Assembly: GCF_000372725.1 (NCBI RefSeq) | Contig: NW_005202303.1 | Span: forward strand, 1 to 64,000 | DNA length: 64,000 bases | DNA from: Emiliania huxleyi CCMP1516 | Lineage: Eukaryota | Reading direction: 5' to 3' | In this document: piece after piece, positions 21,110-33,255 of the stretch | Numbering within the stretch: position 1 is the stretch's first letter | Layout of the letters: each line of letters opens with the position of its first letter | Position numbers and translations under genes: made by a program | Notes under the pieces: model-generated | Database searches by the model: none | What the model was told of the DNA's origin: nothing | Seen by the model: only the letters and a program-made list of their open reading frames with translations

Positions 21110-21810
21110 TGCGTTTATGTGAACACGTCACCGACATGTGCGAGATCGGCGGGGACCTGCAGTCCCAGCGCGATGTCCACTACGAAGTCAAGGTGCCTAG
21201 CGCCCTCACAAAGACGAGGCAGGCTGGGCAGGGCTCGGCGGCACACGGCGGATGCTGTGCGTCACTGGGCCACAAGTTTGGTTTCGGCAACACCCTCGAC
21301 CAAACCTTGCTCAAGGTTCTTGGGTGCAAAGAGCGCGGCCACAAGTCACAGGGCCCGCTCGTCCATGCGACCGGTAAAGGCTGGGTCAAAGGGCACAAGG
21401 GACAGTACTACGACGCGCTCCATGTCAAGAACGGAATCGTCAGAATTTGTCTCGTCGAAAGCCAGGGCGGCATCGCGCCGCCAACCAAGAGAATCATCCA
21501 CAACTTCGCCAAAGAGGTCAGCAGCCCGAGCGCCGTCGACCGCACCGACTACGGCACAGCCTCCGGCAGCGCCCGGGGCTTTGTCCAGCACCACTCGCAA
21601 CAGCTCTCGCGCGCCGCCGTCTGTGGCGACGCGCAAAACATCAACAACGCTGCTCGCAACATGCGTGTCGCGCACTCATTCATGACCGGTCTCAATGCCC
21701 CACCCCCCTGCGCGCGGGCCTTCTAGGCCCGCGGGTAGTCTCCCCCCATTCCCAGGGCCTCCAGGGCTCGCACCTCAACCTCTCACAGACCAGCGCACAG
21801 CGCCATAGGA
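21110..21810 (+). mobile_element. 5'-truncated non-LTR retrotransposon encoding the C-terminal restriction-like endonuclease (CRE-like)
   Basis: DVHYEVK...GQYYDAL...LVESQGG...FVQHHSQQLSRAAVCGDAQNI resembles the RLE D/ExK, KY, VExxGG and QRLSxAVxxGNA motifs. Confidence 0.65.
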
Positions 21811-22470
21811 CGTAGGTAGGTAGGTAGAAAGGTGAAGAACAGCCAGGGGCTCGGACTGGACACCAACGCGGTATGGGTGGACGCTGGACAGATGATGACG
21901 ACACGCACGAGCGACACACAGACACAAACAAGCTCACAAGACACACAGCCAGCGGGCTGCCACACACCCTGAGTCGGCTTACACATAACTCAAGGCCATA
22001 TCCTCCCTGTCGCCCCCCCCAGCACTCCACGGTACCAAGAGTACAAACAAGGGCACAACGACACAACAGACGACAGGAAGTGACATGCGAGGCTAGAGCA
22101 GGCTTGCTCTACCTCCAGCAATCTCTCCGGCCGGCGAGGCACGGACGAGACCGTGTGTGGGGTCTAGTGAGGTGTCTATGGACGCCCTCCTCAGAGGCTA
22201 GCTGCCTACTGCTAGCCCTATCTCGCACTCACAGGCGATGACAATCCAATGTGTGAGTGTATGCAAGCAGAGGCGCGTGTGCTAATTCTAGGCCGCACGT
22301 CGTGGCACTATGACGGAGGTAGACGTGCGACCGCAGCGCGCCCACCACGTATTTTCTTCTCAATAACAAGGCTGTGAACAAAATAAGAGAAGGTGGAAGG
22401 CTCCATGAACTCGCACTCGCAGGCGACTGCTGGCAGGCGAGTGCCTGTTCGCCTTTCGCGTCCACTCAGC

Positions 22471-22949
22471 ATGGGCCAGCTTGTCGGCATCGTCGTGACG
22501 CTCGCCTCGCTGGCTGTCACCAGTGGCGTTGCCTACTCGCCCGAGGGCCTTCAGCGCCGCCTCGACAAGGCGAAACGGCCCACCAGTTGGCAGAAGCGGC
22601 TTGACAAGGCTCTCACAACTGCTTGGGTGACCCCCCTGAGTGCGTGTGCTCACGTCTCCTCTGACTTGCGCAGGCTCTCCTCGACGTCGACAAGAACCCG
22701 CAGCAGCGAATCCGCCTGCTGCAGAAGGTGGCCGGGGATGGCAAGAAAATCGTCAGTGACGTGCGGGTCGCGGCGGCCGAAGTTCAAGAGAAGGGGATCG
22801 GCAAGGGCCACCCGCTCCTCCTTGACCTCCTTTTTCCCGACGGCACGACGGCCAGGTCGGATCTCGAGGGCCTCGTCGCGCTGCGGAAGCAGCTGCCGGA
22901 GCTCACCAAAGGACTGGCGCCACCGACAGTGGAGCAGCTCAGGTGCCTG

Positions 22950-23032
<83 letters not shown>

Positions 23033-24741
23033 CTCCTCCTCCTTTCTTTCCTCTCTCCTCTCTCCTCTCTCCTCTCTCCTCCCTCTCACCGCCCCTCGCC
23101 ACGCCTCTCAGGGCCGCGGCACCCGCAGCGCCGATCGACCCTACGCGCGTGGCGAGGGCACTTGCGGACTTGGCCGGCGACGAGCGCAAGCAGCGCGAGC
23201 TGCTGCAGGAGGCGAAGAACGCGCTCCGCTCTACGCCCAAGGGGCAAGGAGACTCTAGAAGCGGAAAGCGTGGACGCCTCTTCCAACTAGCGCGGGGGGG
23301 CACGGGGATTCGGCTGCATCCCGCCGTCTTCTGCCGTCTTCCGCGGTACTCGCTGCATCCGTAGCCCGTGTATTCACGCGCTGCTCTGAAGGCACGGCGC
23401 AATACCGTCCCTCCCGCCCCCCCTGACCTCGGCGTGGCTCATGAAACAGCCTCGGGGCATTCCAGTCTCCTATCTGCCCGCGGGCCGACCCTCACAATCT
23501 CACAGCTCACAACGGGCGCGTCTCTCTTCATTCACCACGATTGGCCCCCCTGCACACTACCGCGTGGGTGGTGTTCAGTTCGCACTCCAACAGCCCTCAT
23601 AACAGGCTCGAGACGCCAAAGTACCGCGTGCTCCGCTCGTGGCGGGCGGGGCCGGGCGCCCTCGACGGCGTTGTCGAGCTGAGAAGCTACCCGCCCTTCA
23701 CCGTCGCGCGCAAGGGCATGGGCGGTGCGGGCTTCGGCGCCGTCGAGACCCCCTACCCCCACGGTACCCGCACCCATCCCGTACCCCCACGGTACCCGGA
23801 CTCAGGTGCGGGCTTCGGCGCCGTCGAGGGCGGCGGCGCGGGCTTCAACGCGCTCGCTTCATACCTCTTTGGGGACAACGCGGGCGTCGCTAGAAGCGGA
23901 ACACCTCCCCATATCTCATCACATCTCCCCGTATCTCCCCATATCTCGGCGAGTCTCACACGGCACACGAGACCGTGCCCCACAGGCCCTCACGGTGGCT
24001 GCTCTTGCTGCAGGCGGACGGCGCTGCGATGGCGATGACGACGCCGGTTGGGATCGACGTGTCCGGCGGAGGCGCCGCGAGCTCGATGAGCTTCGTGCTC
24101 CCGAGGGACGCGGCGCGGGCGCCCCCGCGGCCGAACGCCGACGGCGGCGTCGCGCTCGACGAGGTGCCCGCGCGGATCGTCGCCGTCAAGGCGTTCGCCG
24201 GCGTCGTCACCGACGGCGAGGTGCGGCGGCAGCGCGATGCCCTCGAGGCGGCCATCGAGGCGGACGGAGGCACGGCGCCCGTCGAGACCCCCTACCCCCG
24301 CGGCACCCGCACCCATCCCCTAACCACACGGTACCCGAACCCAGGCACGGCGCCCGTCGAGGCGGGAGCCTTTTCGGTGCTGCAGCCTAGTTGCAACTGC
24401 GCATTCTTGTGTTCCAAGTAGCACTCGAGAGGTTCACTGTCTTCGCAGCCCCTCGTACTCACGCGGTGCTCTGAACACACTTCACAAGACCGCCTTCCCG
24501 CCCTGATGTCGGCGTACTCGCCACGTAGGTGCTGCAGTACAATGCGCCGTACGCCATCCCGTGGCGGCGGCGCAACGAGCTGGCGATCGTGGTGAGCGAG
24601 GTGGTGGCAGAGGAGGAGGCGGCGTCAGCAGGCGAGGCGGCGGCGGGCGACGCCGAGGTTGCGCCAGCAGACGAGGCTGCGGGCGAGAGAGAGGGGCGAG
24701 AGGGCGTCTCATCGTGGTACGACACGGGGGTGCGGCTCTGA
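22471..24741 (+). CDS. SOUL heme-binding protein, probably plastid-targeted, multi-exon
   Basis: LETPKYRVL, ELRSYPPFTVA, GFNALASYLFGDN, MAMTTPV, MSFVLP, LQYNAPYAIPWRRRNE; signal peptide followed by an AYSP motif. Confidence 0.9.
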
Positions 24742-25020
24742 GAGAGGAGAGAGGGTGAGGCGGCCGTGGGTGGTGCGCGTTCTCTCACGAGCGACGGGCC
24801 GCCTCTCTCCGTGTGTGTGCCGTCACTACCGCGTTCTTGCTCTTGGCCGTCTGGACTTGAGAGTTTACTGGTTGTGGCCGCTTTGTGGAGCTCTCTGCCG
24901 CGGCCGTGCGGAGCGGGGAGACCGGGACCGGCGCGCGGCTCTGATGTCTGAAACTCACCCCCCCCCCCCCTTCTAGAATGTGCGAGGGTATTTTTTAGTG
25001 AAGCTGATGAATCGGTGGCT

Positions 25021-25572
25021 ATGCTCGTCAACATGGTCATCAACGAGGAGGCGGAGAAGCTCGGCGGCGATGCGAGCAAGGTTCGTGGTTCCCGCGTAGT
25101 GCGTGCTCTAGTGCGCCCCAGTCCCCGCCGCTGAGCTGACAGGGCACTCGCGTCGCAGGTTATCATCGGCGGCTACAGCCAGGGCGGCACCATTGCCGCC
25201 TCGGCCGCAGTACAGCTCAAGCCTTCGTTCACGAGCACGGCCTCCCGAAAAGGCGCTGATCGCGATCGACACGCTGCCGATGGCGTTCGCGCAGGTCAAC
25301 ATCAACAAGCACGAGGGCGATGGGGAGCCCGCACTCGTCGACCCCAACGCCACCGCGATCAAGGTCTTCTACTTTGTGGGAGAGAAGGACAACACCTATC
25401 CCGTGGCCAACCAGGACCAGGCGTGGGCCTCGAGGCGTGGGCGCGCTTCAAGAACGCAGGCTTCTCGGTCACGCGGCACGGCCAGCCGGGCGTCCGCCAC
25501 GAGTTCGCGCTGCAGAAGGGAGGCCTCACGCAAACGGCCAAGTGGATCGCGGAGGAGTTCTTCGGCAGATGA
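25021..25572 (+). CDS. Phospholipase/carboxylesterase family protein, C-terminal half only (possibly a pseudogene)
   Basis: VIIGGYSQGG nucleophile elbow, VGEKDNTYP (Asp) and GVRHE (His); no N-terminal half visible upstream. Confidence 0.65.
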
Positions 25573-25831
25573 TGATCACGACTCCCACCGAGCCGCGCCG
25601 CGCTGCGCGCGCGCGCGGCTCACTCGCTACCACCGACACCCGTGCGTGTCTCACTAAGAGCCACTCTCGCCAACAACACCACCCCCACCCCCACCACTCT
25701 CCGACCCTTTTCAAGAGAGGTGAAGAATCTCAAAATAAAAAAACGCTGTCTGGCCGAGTCGGCCGCGTCCCAGTCCGGCCCGCTCTAGCTGCCTACTCTC
25801 GGCTGCTACGACGCGCTCCATTCTCCGCCGC

Positions 25832-26653
25832 ATGGTCCTCGTCAAAGGCCTCGACCGAATCGACGGTAGTGTGCTGGCCGGGATGCCAGACGCGCTGTGG
25901 TCACGTCACACTGCCGAGCTGCGGCAGCGCTTTGAGAACCAAGAGCCGCCACCGCTCGGGTTTGGTGATTTCTGCGCGCGATTCGACACGGGAGAGCTCT
26001 CCACGCTCGCAATGAGGGAGCACACGGGCAGCGATATCGCGGGCGACTGCGCGGGTGTTGGTGTGGATGGCGCGGGCGGCAGCGGCGCGGGACGGGGAGG
26101 CCTGTGCGTGATTGGCCCTGCATGGACGCGCGGCGAGATAGAAAAGCCGGAGGGTGTGCGCATCATGGGCTCGTACGATGCGCTCTTCTACACCGAGGAG
26201 CAGCAGAGGCGGCTTGGGGTGGACGAGTCCGGAGCCAAGGTCGCGCGCGACCGGAGCAAGTTCTTCGCGCCCGAGGCTGCGCCAGCCGCGAGCGGCCGCT
26301 TCCCTGAGCACTGGGGGCGGCCGCCGCTCAAGCAGACGCGGGACCTGCGCCCGCTGCCCGGCGGGTACGGCATGGGGAGCGGGACGCTGGCCAAATGGGT
26401 GGCGGAGAAGATGGCGGTGGACGCGGCAGGCGGCGCGGGCAGCGGCGCCGGCGCCTCAGCCGCCCGCAGCTGGCCCGACCTGGTTGGCAGTAGCGGTGAG
26501 GCGGCGGCCGCCGCCATCCGCGCCGCGCGGCCGGACCTGTCAGTGTCGCTGGTCGGCGTGGACGACATGATGACAATGGACTTTCGCGAGGACCGCGTCC
26601 GCATCCGCGTCAAAGAGGACGGCACCGTCGACTCTGTCCCGCAGGTCGGCTGA
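25832..26653 (+). CDS. Protein with a C-terminal potato inhibitor I (serine protease inhibitor) domain
   Basis: SWPDLVG...MMTMDFREDRVRIRV...VDSVPQVG. Confidence 0.85.
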   Translation: MVLVKGLDRIDGSVLAGMPDALWSRHTAELRQRFENQEPPPLGFGDFCARFDTGELSTLAMREHTGSDIAGDCAGVGVDGAGGSGAGRGGLCVIGPAWTRGEIEKPEGVRIMGSYDALFYTEEQQRRLGVDESGAKVARDRSKFFAPEAAPAASGRFPEHWGRPPLKQTRDLRPLPGGYGMGSGTLAKWVAEKMAVDAAGGAGSGAGASAARSWPDLVGSSGEAAAAAIRAARPDLSVSLVGVDDMMTMDFREDRVRIRVKEDGTVDSVPQVG

Positions 26654-27327
26654 GTCGGCCGTGCGGGGGCCTAGGAACGGGTGTGTCGGCGGCGCGTGTG
26701 GACCGTCTCAATCGGTGCCGTGCGGTGGCAGCCAATCCAACTGCCGCCTCTGGTGGTTGTGTGAAAGGCAGCAGGCACCGGCTCTCGGAGATCTAGCACT
26801 ACATGTACGGGTGCGGCGTCTGTAAGGGGGTGGTGCGCAAGGGCAAGCATCTATGGGCTTATGGGTGCAACTCCTAAGGCTTATGGGTGCAACTCCTGTG
26901 CTGCGGTGCTGCGCGCGCGGATAATAGTCGTGCGCTGGCTGGCCTCTGGGTGGTCGGCTCGACCTGTAAAGCCGTAGACTCTGGAATCTCCACTCTGAGC
27001 ACTGCGGTCTGTGACTGTGTTGTCGACCGACAACGAAGACACAGTGTTAGATACTGTCACGAAGAAAAATATACATTCGCGCACGCCCACCTGCACCTCG
27101 CGCGAAGCACGCGCAACTCTTGTGATGCTCGATTGTGATGCCAGCGAGGAGCGAGCCGGCGCCCGGCGGGTCTTCTGTTAGTTCGCCGCGCGCGGCCGCC
27201 GAGCGGTGGCAGCGGTCGGGGCGCGGTGCGCAGTCGACTTCGCGGCCGCCCATCCATGCACGAGCTGCGCGTGAAACACTGCGCGAGTGCAACCACCCAC
27301 GTGAAACACTGCGCCTCTCACGTGTCA

Positions 27328-28779
27328 CTAGCCCACGCGGCGGCGCGCGGCGACGGCGACCACGAGGGCGGCGGCGGCGAGCCCGACCGCGCCGAGCTGA
27401 ACTCGCCGTTTCGCGATCGCCTTTGCGACGCCTGCGATTGCCATCAGCGCGCCGCGCCGGTAGTAGCCGTGCCTTAGGCGGTAGTGCAGGCCGAGCGCGG
27501 CGAAGGCGGCGTGGTGCAGCTCGACGGCGAACCCGCGCACCTGTGACGCGTGCCGCAGCGGCACCGGGAAGCGGACGAGCAGCTTGCGCAGCTTTGCCTC
27601 GCCCTCCACTGCCGCCTCAAGAGCAAACCCGGCGCAGCTCACGCCCGTCATCTGCGCGCCGGTCGCGCCCGCCACGCCGCAGAGGCCGCGTGCGTACGCG
27701 AGGCACGAGTCGGCGTGGTCGCCTAAAAGTGCTTGCCGTCGCCCGTGAAGGGTGACATGATGGTGTTTTCCCGCGAGGGGTTGCATCACGCCGTGACGGC
27801 ACCACACACACAAACTAAATGCTAGCCGACACGCGCGGCGTGCAAGCCTCAGCCCTGCTCTCTCGGAGTGCCGCTGAATCTCTCGCGCCATGGTGGAAGG
27901 GACCGCAGGTCGCAGGCGGCCTCCCTTGGGCCGGCACCCGGCTCCCCTCTACGCAGCGCAGTCGTCCGTGGCTAAGCCTGGGAGGCTCAGGCGACGCAGT
28001 CGTGCCTGCTCGAAGGCCCACGTGGCTATCTCGCGGTGTGCGTCTCGCCCGGGCCGCACGCGCACCGTTCATGTGGCCGACGACGCGCGCCTATGTGCAA
28101 CCCGGCGCCGTCTGACCAAGTGCAACCCGGCGCCGTCAGCGCGATCTTTGTCATCGCTATTGGCTCGTCCCCGAACGTGCGTGCGTGCGGCTTGGTTGTG
28201 CTCTTTGTGCGGTAGTCGCCGGAGAGGCGGAGGGCGGGCGCGAGCGGGAGAGGTGGGTGAACAGAGGTGACCAGAGGTGGTCGAGAGGTGGCCGAGAGGT
28301 GGTCGAGAGGTGGTCGAGAGGTGGCCGAGAGGTGGCCAGAGGTGGTCGAGAGGTGGCCGTAGGCGCGCCTCGCTCATCGCGAGCGCATCGGTGACGGACT
28401 TTGGGAGGAGGACGCAGCAGCAGGCGCCTTTGAGACTGAGCGGTCCCACGTGCGTGCCGCACGGCGACGGCTGCACCGCCACGCCAGGAGGAAACCATGC
28501 GCGCAGCGAGGAAAGCAGCGTGCCAGCCGCGTCCGTGTGGAGCAGCACGCCCCGGCAGAGCTCGCCCGCTGTGATGGGCGCCGAGACGAGTCCGTCAGAC
28601 GCGACGAGCACGCCGATGAGCGTCTCATCCTCTGCTAGCTGCGGGAGCAGCGGGCCGAGCTCCGCGCCCGCGCAGCCGGCGAGTTTCGCAGACTCGTCGC
28701 CGGAAATCACCCGCGGCGGCGCGGCGCGGATGCTCGCGAGGGACAAGTACTTGCGTTCGCCGGAGAGGTGGAGCTCCAT
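27328..28779 (-). CDS. DUF2470-domain protein with a C-terminal TM segment, multi-exon
   Basis: VGHMN|GDHADSCLAYARGL..AQMTGVSCAGFAL matches the DUF2470 HMNxDH motif. Confidence 0.65.
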
Positions 28780-28917
28780 TGTCAGCCAGTCGGCTGGAGA
28801 GCAAGCGGCTGGGGCCTGGGGCAGGAAGAAAGCCGACGGTTTGGGGAAAAATCACAAAAAAGATGAACACGAAACCTCCGTGAAGGCACAAGACCTCGCG
28901 CTTCATTCGCGAGGCAG

Positions 28918-30435
28918 ATGCTCGCGCCGCTTCTGATCGCCGGCGGCTGCGCTCTGCTGCAGCGGCCGCGGCTGCTGCAGGCGTCCGCGCCGCAGTCTCT
29001 CCGCCTCGCCGCCTCGCCGCTCGCGCAGGTCCCGGCGGCGGCGCCGGCGCCCGCAGCTGCACAGCCGCCGGCGAGCTCTGGCAAGAAGGGCAAGGGCAGG
29101 CTCAACATCCGGATAGACGACGAGTGGTACGACCTGACCAACTGGCGCGCGGCGCACCCGGCGGGCACCCACTGGATCGACGCGTACAACAACTCCGACG
29201 CCACCGAGGTGATGTACGCCTTCCATTCCGACAAGGTTCACCGCATCGCCACCGCCCGCCCGACCAGAGCCGCCGCACACCCGCCTCGTCGCCGGCGGAC
29301 GCCTCGGCCGCCTCCGTGCCCGCCGCGCCGCCGGCCGGCGCCGCCCTCCGGCCCTCACCCTCACCCTCACCCTCCCGTGCAGGCCATCAGCATGTTCAAG
29401 CGGCTGCCAAACTCCAGGGCGCCGCCCGAGGGCATCGCGCCGCCGTCGGCGTCGACGTACGCGTTCCGCGAGCTGCGGCAGCGGCTGGTGGAGGAGGGGT
29501 GGTTCAAGATCCACCCGCTCGGCGAGCTGCAGAAGCTGGCGCCCTGGTCCGCCGTCACCGCCGCCGGCGTCTGGCTCGCGCGGAGATCCGGCTTTTGGTC
29601 TGCCTTTGCGGGCGTCGTCTGCCTCGCAATCGGCAACTCGCTCGCAGGGTGGCTGTCGCACGACTACGTGCACGGCCGGCAGCCGTTTGCGTGGGCGATG
29701 CGCGGCTTTGGGGAGCTGATCGGCGGCATGTCCACCACGTGGTGGTCCAACAAGCACAACATGCACCACGCGCTGACCAACGAGGTTGGGTACGACGAGG
29801 ACATCGCCCTCGACCCCGCGCTGCACCTCTGGGCGCCCGACCCGCGGCACGACACGCTGCCGTGGCTGCGGCAGTGGCAGCACGTCTACTGGCCCCTCCC
29901 GTACTCGATCCTCTTCCTCTACTGGCGCTTCGACTCGATCCGGTACGTCCTCAAGGACAAGAAGTGGGGCGAGGCCGCGCGGCTAGCGGCGCACTGGGCG
30001 GCCTTCTCTGCGCTGGTGCCCTTCCGGCTCCTGCTCGCCTCGGTGTGGCTCTCGGGGCTCATCACGGCGACCATCGTGACGGTGACGCACCAGAGCGAGG
30101 AGATCTTCCTCGGCGACACGCTGCGCAAGTACGACTTCGTCGAGGCGCAGTTCCGCTCCACGCGTGACGCAAAGTGCAACAACTGGTTCTCGGACGTGCT
30201 CTGGGGCGGCATGCAGTGGCAGCTCGAGCACCACCTCTTCCCCACGATGCCGCGCTACCGCTACCCGGCGCTCTCCAAGGTGCTCGCGCAGTTTGCGTCG
30301 GAGAACGACCTCACCTACCGCGTCACCGGCGAGTTCAAGATCATCGGCGACAACGTCGCCCTGCTCAAGAAGATCGGGCAGGGGCCGCAGCAGCCGGGCA
30401 ACCCGAACTCGGAGCCCCTCTTCAAGCAGGTCTGA
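28918..30435 (+). CDS. Cytochrome b5-fused front-end fatty acid desaturase, probably plastid-targeted (in-frame intron 29236-29382)
   Basis: YDLTNW...HPAG b5 motif; His boxes HDYVH, HNMHH and QLEHHLFP; bipartite-like N-terminus. Confidence 0.92.
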   Translation: MLAPLLIAGGCALLQRPRLLQASAPQSLRLAASPLAQVPAAAPAPAAAQPPASSGKKGKGRLNIRIDDEWYDLTNWRAAHPAGTHWIDAYNNSDATEVMYAFHSDKVHRIATARPTRAAAHPPRRRRTPRPPPCPPRRRPAPPSGPHPHPHPPVQAISMFKRLPNSRAPPEGIAPPSASTYAFRELRQRLVEEGWFKIHPLGELQKLAPWSAVTAAGVWLARRSGFWSAFAGVVCLAIGNSLAGWLSHDYVHGRQPFAWAMRGFGELIGGMSTTWWSNKHNMHHALTNEVGYDEDIALDPALHLWAPDPRHDTLPWLRQWQHVYWPLPYSILFLYWRFDSIRYVLKDKKWGEAARLAAHWAAFSALVPFRLLLASVWLSGLITATIVTVTHQSEEIFLGDTLRKYDFVEAQFRSTRDAKCNNWFSDVLWGGMQWQLEHHLFPTMPRYRYPALSKVLAQFASENDLTYRVTGEFKIIGDNVALLKKIGQGPQQPGNPNSEPLFKQV

Positions 30436-31245
30436 GGGCGCCGCGCCACGGCACGCCGGCGCGGCCAGCCGCGCTCTCCCGCCCTCGCCGGTGGCGGGAC
30501 GCGGCGCATGGTATGCGTTCGACGGTCGCCGGCCGTGGTGGAGGATGCTGTTGGGCGGGGGTGGGGGGGGATTCCCTCCTGGACTGTTGGTCTGAGTCGC
30601 ATGCGATCATGCCTCATGTGGAGACGATTCGACGCATTCTCATTGTATGAGAGCGGGCAGTCCGCTCGCCCGAGTAGCTTGTGTTAGGTCTCTATATTGT
30701 TTTTGCCGCTTCAGTAACTACTAGGGGAGACATCTTGTCGTCGCGACTTCACCGCTGGGAAAAGTGAGACAAGTCCACACTGCACACGACCTCACAAAGA
30801 ACCGACAGTGCAGCGGTCTCGGGTCTGCCACCACTGGCACTGCCAGTCGAGCAGTGCCCTGTGAATGCCTGTGTGCCGCCAGACCGGCAGACGAGTGGCG
30901 GGACGCGGCTCAAGTCTTCTCCGGTCAAGCTCAAGTGGAGCAGGCACTCTAGCTAGCGGTGCGCAGCTGGCACCCCCGCGCGCACGCCGCGGGGCTGGAC
31001 GGCTGCGAGGCATGACCCGATCCGAAGACCCATGAGCCGTGGGTTGAGGCGGGGAACCCGCACTCTGTATATCGTCCGCCCGGAGACGTGCCACGTCCGC
31101 CAGAGACCAGAGGCGCAGCATGCGGTGTAGACCGGTAGAGTGCACCCGCTGTAGCTACACTCACCGCTGTGGCTACACTCACCGTCTGACCTCCAAAGCA
31201 TTACGAGAGCGTCAACGCATATTCATTTGAAAGCAATAGCTTTTG

Positions 31246-32747
31246 TCATGTTCTGTCTGCATCTTTAGGCTCTTCCGCAGTGACGATGATCGATGATCGC
31301 CATTCTCCGCCTATCTCGCGGCGCTTTCCCAGTCTCGCGGCGCCCGCATTCGTCTTCCTACGGCACGCCAAAGTAGTGGCGGATTCTACGGAACAATCAG
31401 CAACGGACAACGGAGGAACGCCGCGCGAGTCATGAAGTCCCGAGTAGGAGCTGAAATCGGAGCTCGCAAAAGCAAGCATAGCCCATCTTTGCCGCCAGAT
31501 CCTCACCAGGTGCCCCGGGGGCCATGTAGCATCAGCTGCGTGAACGTGAGCTTCATTCGAAGCCAACGAGTGCTGCAATCTCCAATCGCTACCTCACGCG
31601 TCGCAGTATCCTTTTCGGTGACGGGGCTGCCGCTCTCCCTAAACGGCTCCACCTCACCGACACCGTCAGCAGCAGCATCGCCCGGCTCCGCAGGCGCTGC
31701 CGTCGAAATCGAGTCGCAATCAGACGCGGTGTCAGTGGCGTCTCTAGGCTCGCCTTCCTCGAAGCCCTTGAGGTAATCTCGCGCCGCACCCCCTCTCCTG
31801 CGACGGTCGGAGGGCGGCGGCCAGCAGGAGGACCGGCAGCGAAATCAGAACCGCGACTGCAAGGGTTGGCAAGCGCTGGAGCGGAAGAGGCTGCCTTGGC
31901 GATGGTCGGTTTGGTTGCGGCGGGAGTCTTGGCGGCCGAGGTGGGGAGGGCAGCCAGGGTGGGGAGGGCGGAAAGGGTGGTTGAGGAGGGCGCGGCGGGT
32001 CAGGTGGCTTTGACGGGGGAGCGTTCAGGTTGCGAAGGCGGAGGTTGGACAGCCGCATATCTCGTGGAAGCGACCGCATACAACTTTTGCAAAGAGCACC
32101 TCAAGCACCGCGAACGTGTCCGTAGAGGGGGCAGAGATCGATACGGAGAAGGAGCTACCGTGACGCCGCAGCGCCACCGCGCGGGGGTCGACCTCAGGCG
32201 GCAGGCGATCGCGAAGCAGCGTGGTTAGCTCCTCCAGGGACAGCGCGCTGGCCAGCTTGCGGGACTCGTGTGTGTGTGGCACGGCCTCCGAGCCTCTGAG
32301 GGCCGGCGGCATGGGTATCACGTCAAAGGTGATCTCCATGAACCTCGCAGGCGGCGGCGGTGGAGAGAGAGGTGGCGGTGAGGGAGAAAGGCTCGGGAGG
32401 AGGAGCGGCGCCGCGATGATAAGCATGCACACAGTTGCAACAACTGCCAGCTTCGCACCTCCGCCAGAGCCCGACGGCCGGCCGGCCAGCGACCTTCCTG
32501 CTGCTGCTGCTGCACCCTGCTCCGTCCTGACCGGTTCTTTGCCTCGGCTGGCCGAGACTCTCTCCAGCTGCCTCGGCACCATCTGTGCTTGCCGCACGCC
32601 CTTTTCAAGCCACTGCCTCTGCACATCTTTTGGCGAGAGATGTGCGCAGGCTGGATCTGAGGAGAGGCTCGCCGCCTCGACAATCTGGGCCAGCCGAAAC
32701 AGCTGCTCCTCACGACTCGAACGCGTCGGCGAAGCGGGCGAAAGCAT
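31246..32747 (-). CDS. Hypothetical proline-rich membrane protein (exon structure uncertain)
   Basis: TM segment LAVVATVCMLIIAAPLLL, Pro-rich tracts, second hydrophobic segment near 31830. Confidence 0.35.
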
Positions 32748-33207
32748 CGTGGTGGAGGGGGAGCGGGGGGGGTCGCAGAGGTTCGTTCCGCGCGATTCAT
32801 GTGTTCGCGCCCCCCCCCCCCCCCCAGCCGCGATTGCCGAAACTCGCTCCAATGGTCTCAATACAGTCCACCCCGGGAGCAGGTAGCATAGATCGCAGAT
32901 GCCTCGCCGGCGCTGCTTGCGGCACCTCTACCTGTGCGGTCCGAGCGGCAGAGCGTCCGCAAGGATGGAGTACGCGGTGTCCGACGTTGGTTGGTTGGCC
33001 ATGTTGGTTAGGTTGCAATCGTGGATTGATCCGAAGGCCGATCGTGCTATCCGCCTCGGTGGCGCAGAGTGCGCCGTTAATTAAAAAGTGGCTTCAGCCC
33101 GGCGCCGTTTTCTCCGCCGTTCCGGCGCACTCTCTATTAGGGTTGGCACCCAGGTGTAGTTTTTTGCTTTGATGAGATGAAATTCTGCCTGACCGGCCCT
33201 GCGGTGC

Positions 33208-33255
33208 CCCTACCTACCTACCTACCTACCTACCTACCTACCTACCCTACCTACT
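33208..33255. repeat. (CCTA)n tandem repeat
   Basis: Directly visible; same unit as the retroelement tails. Confidence 0.95.

Noticed and set aside
28903..30167. Long antisense and alternate-frame ORFs over real genes (here and throughout)
   Set aside because: Expected shadow ORFs in very GC-rich coding DNA
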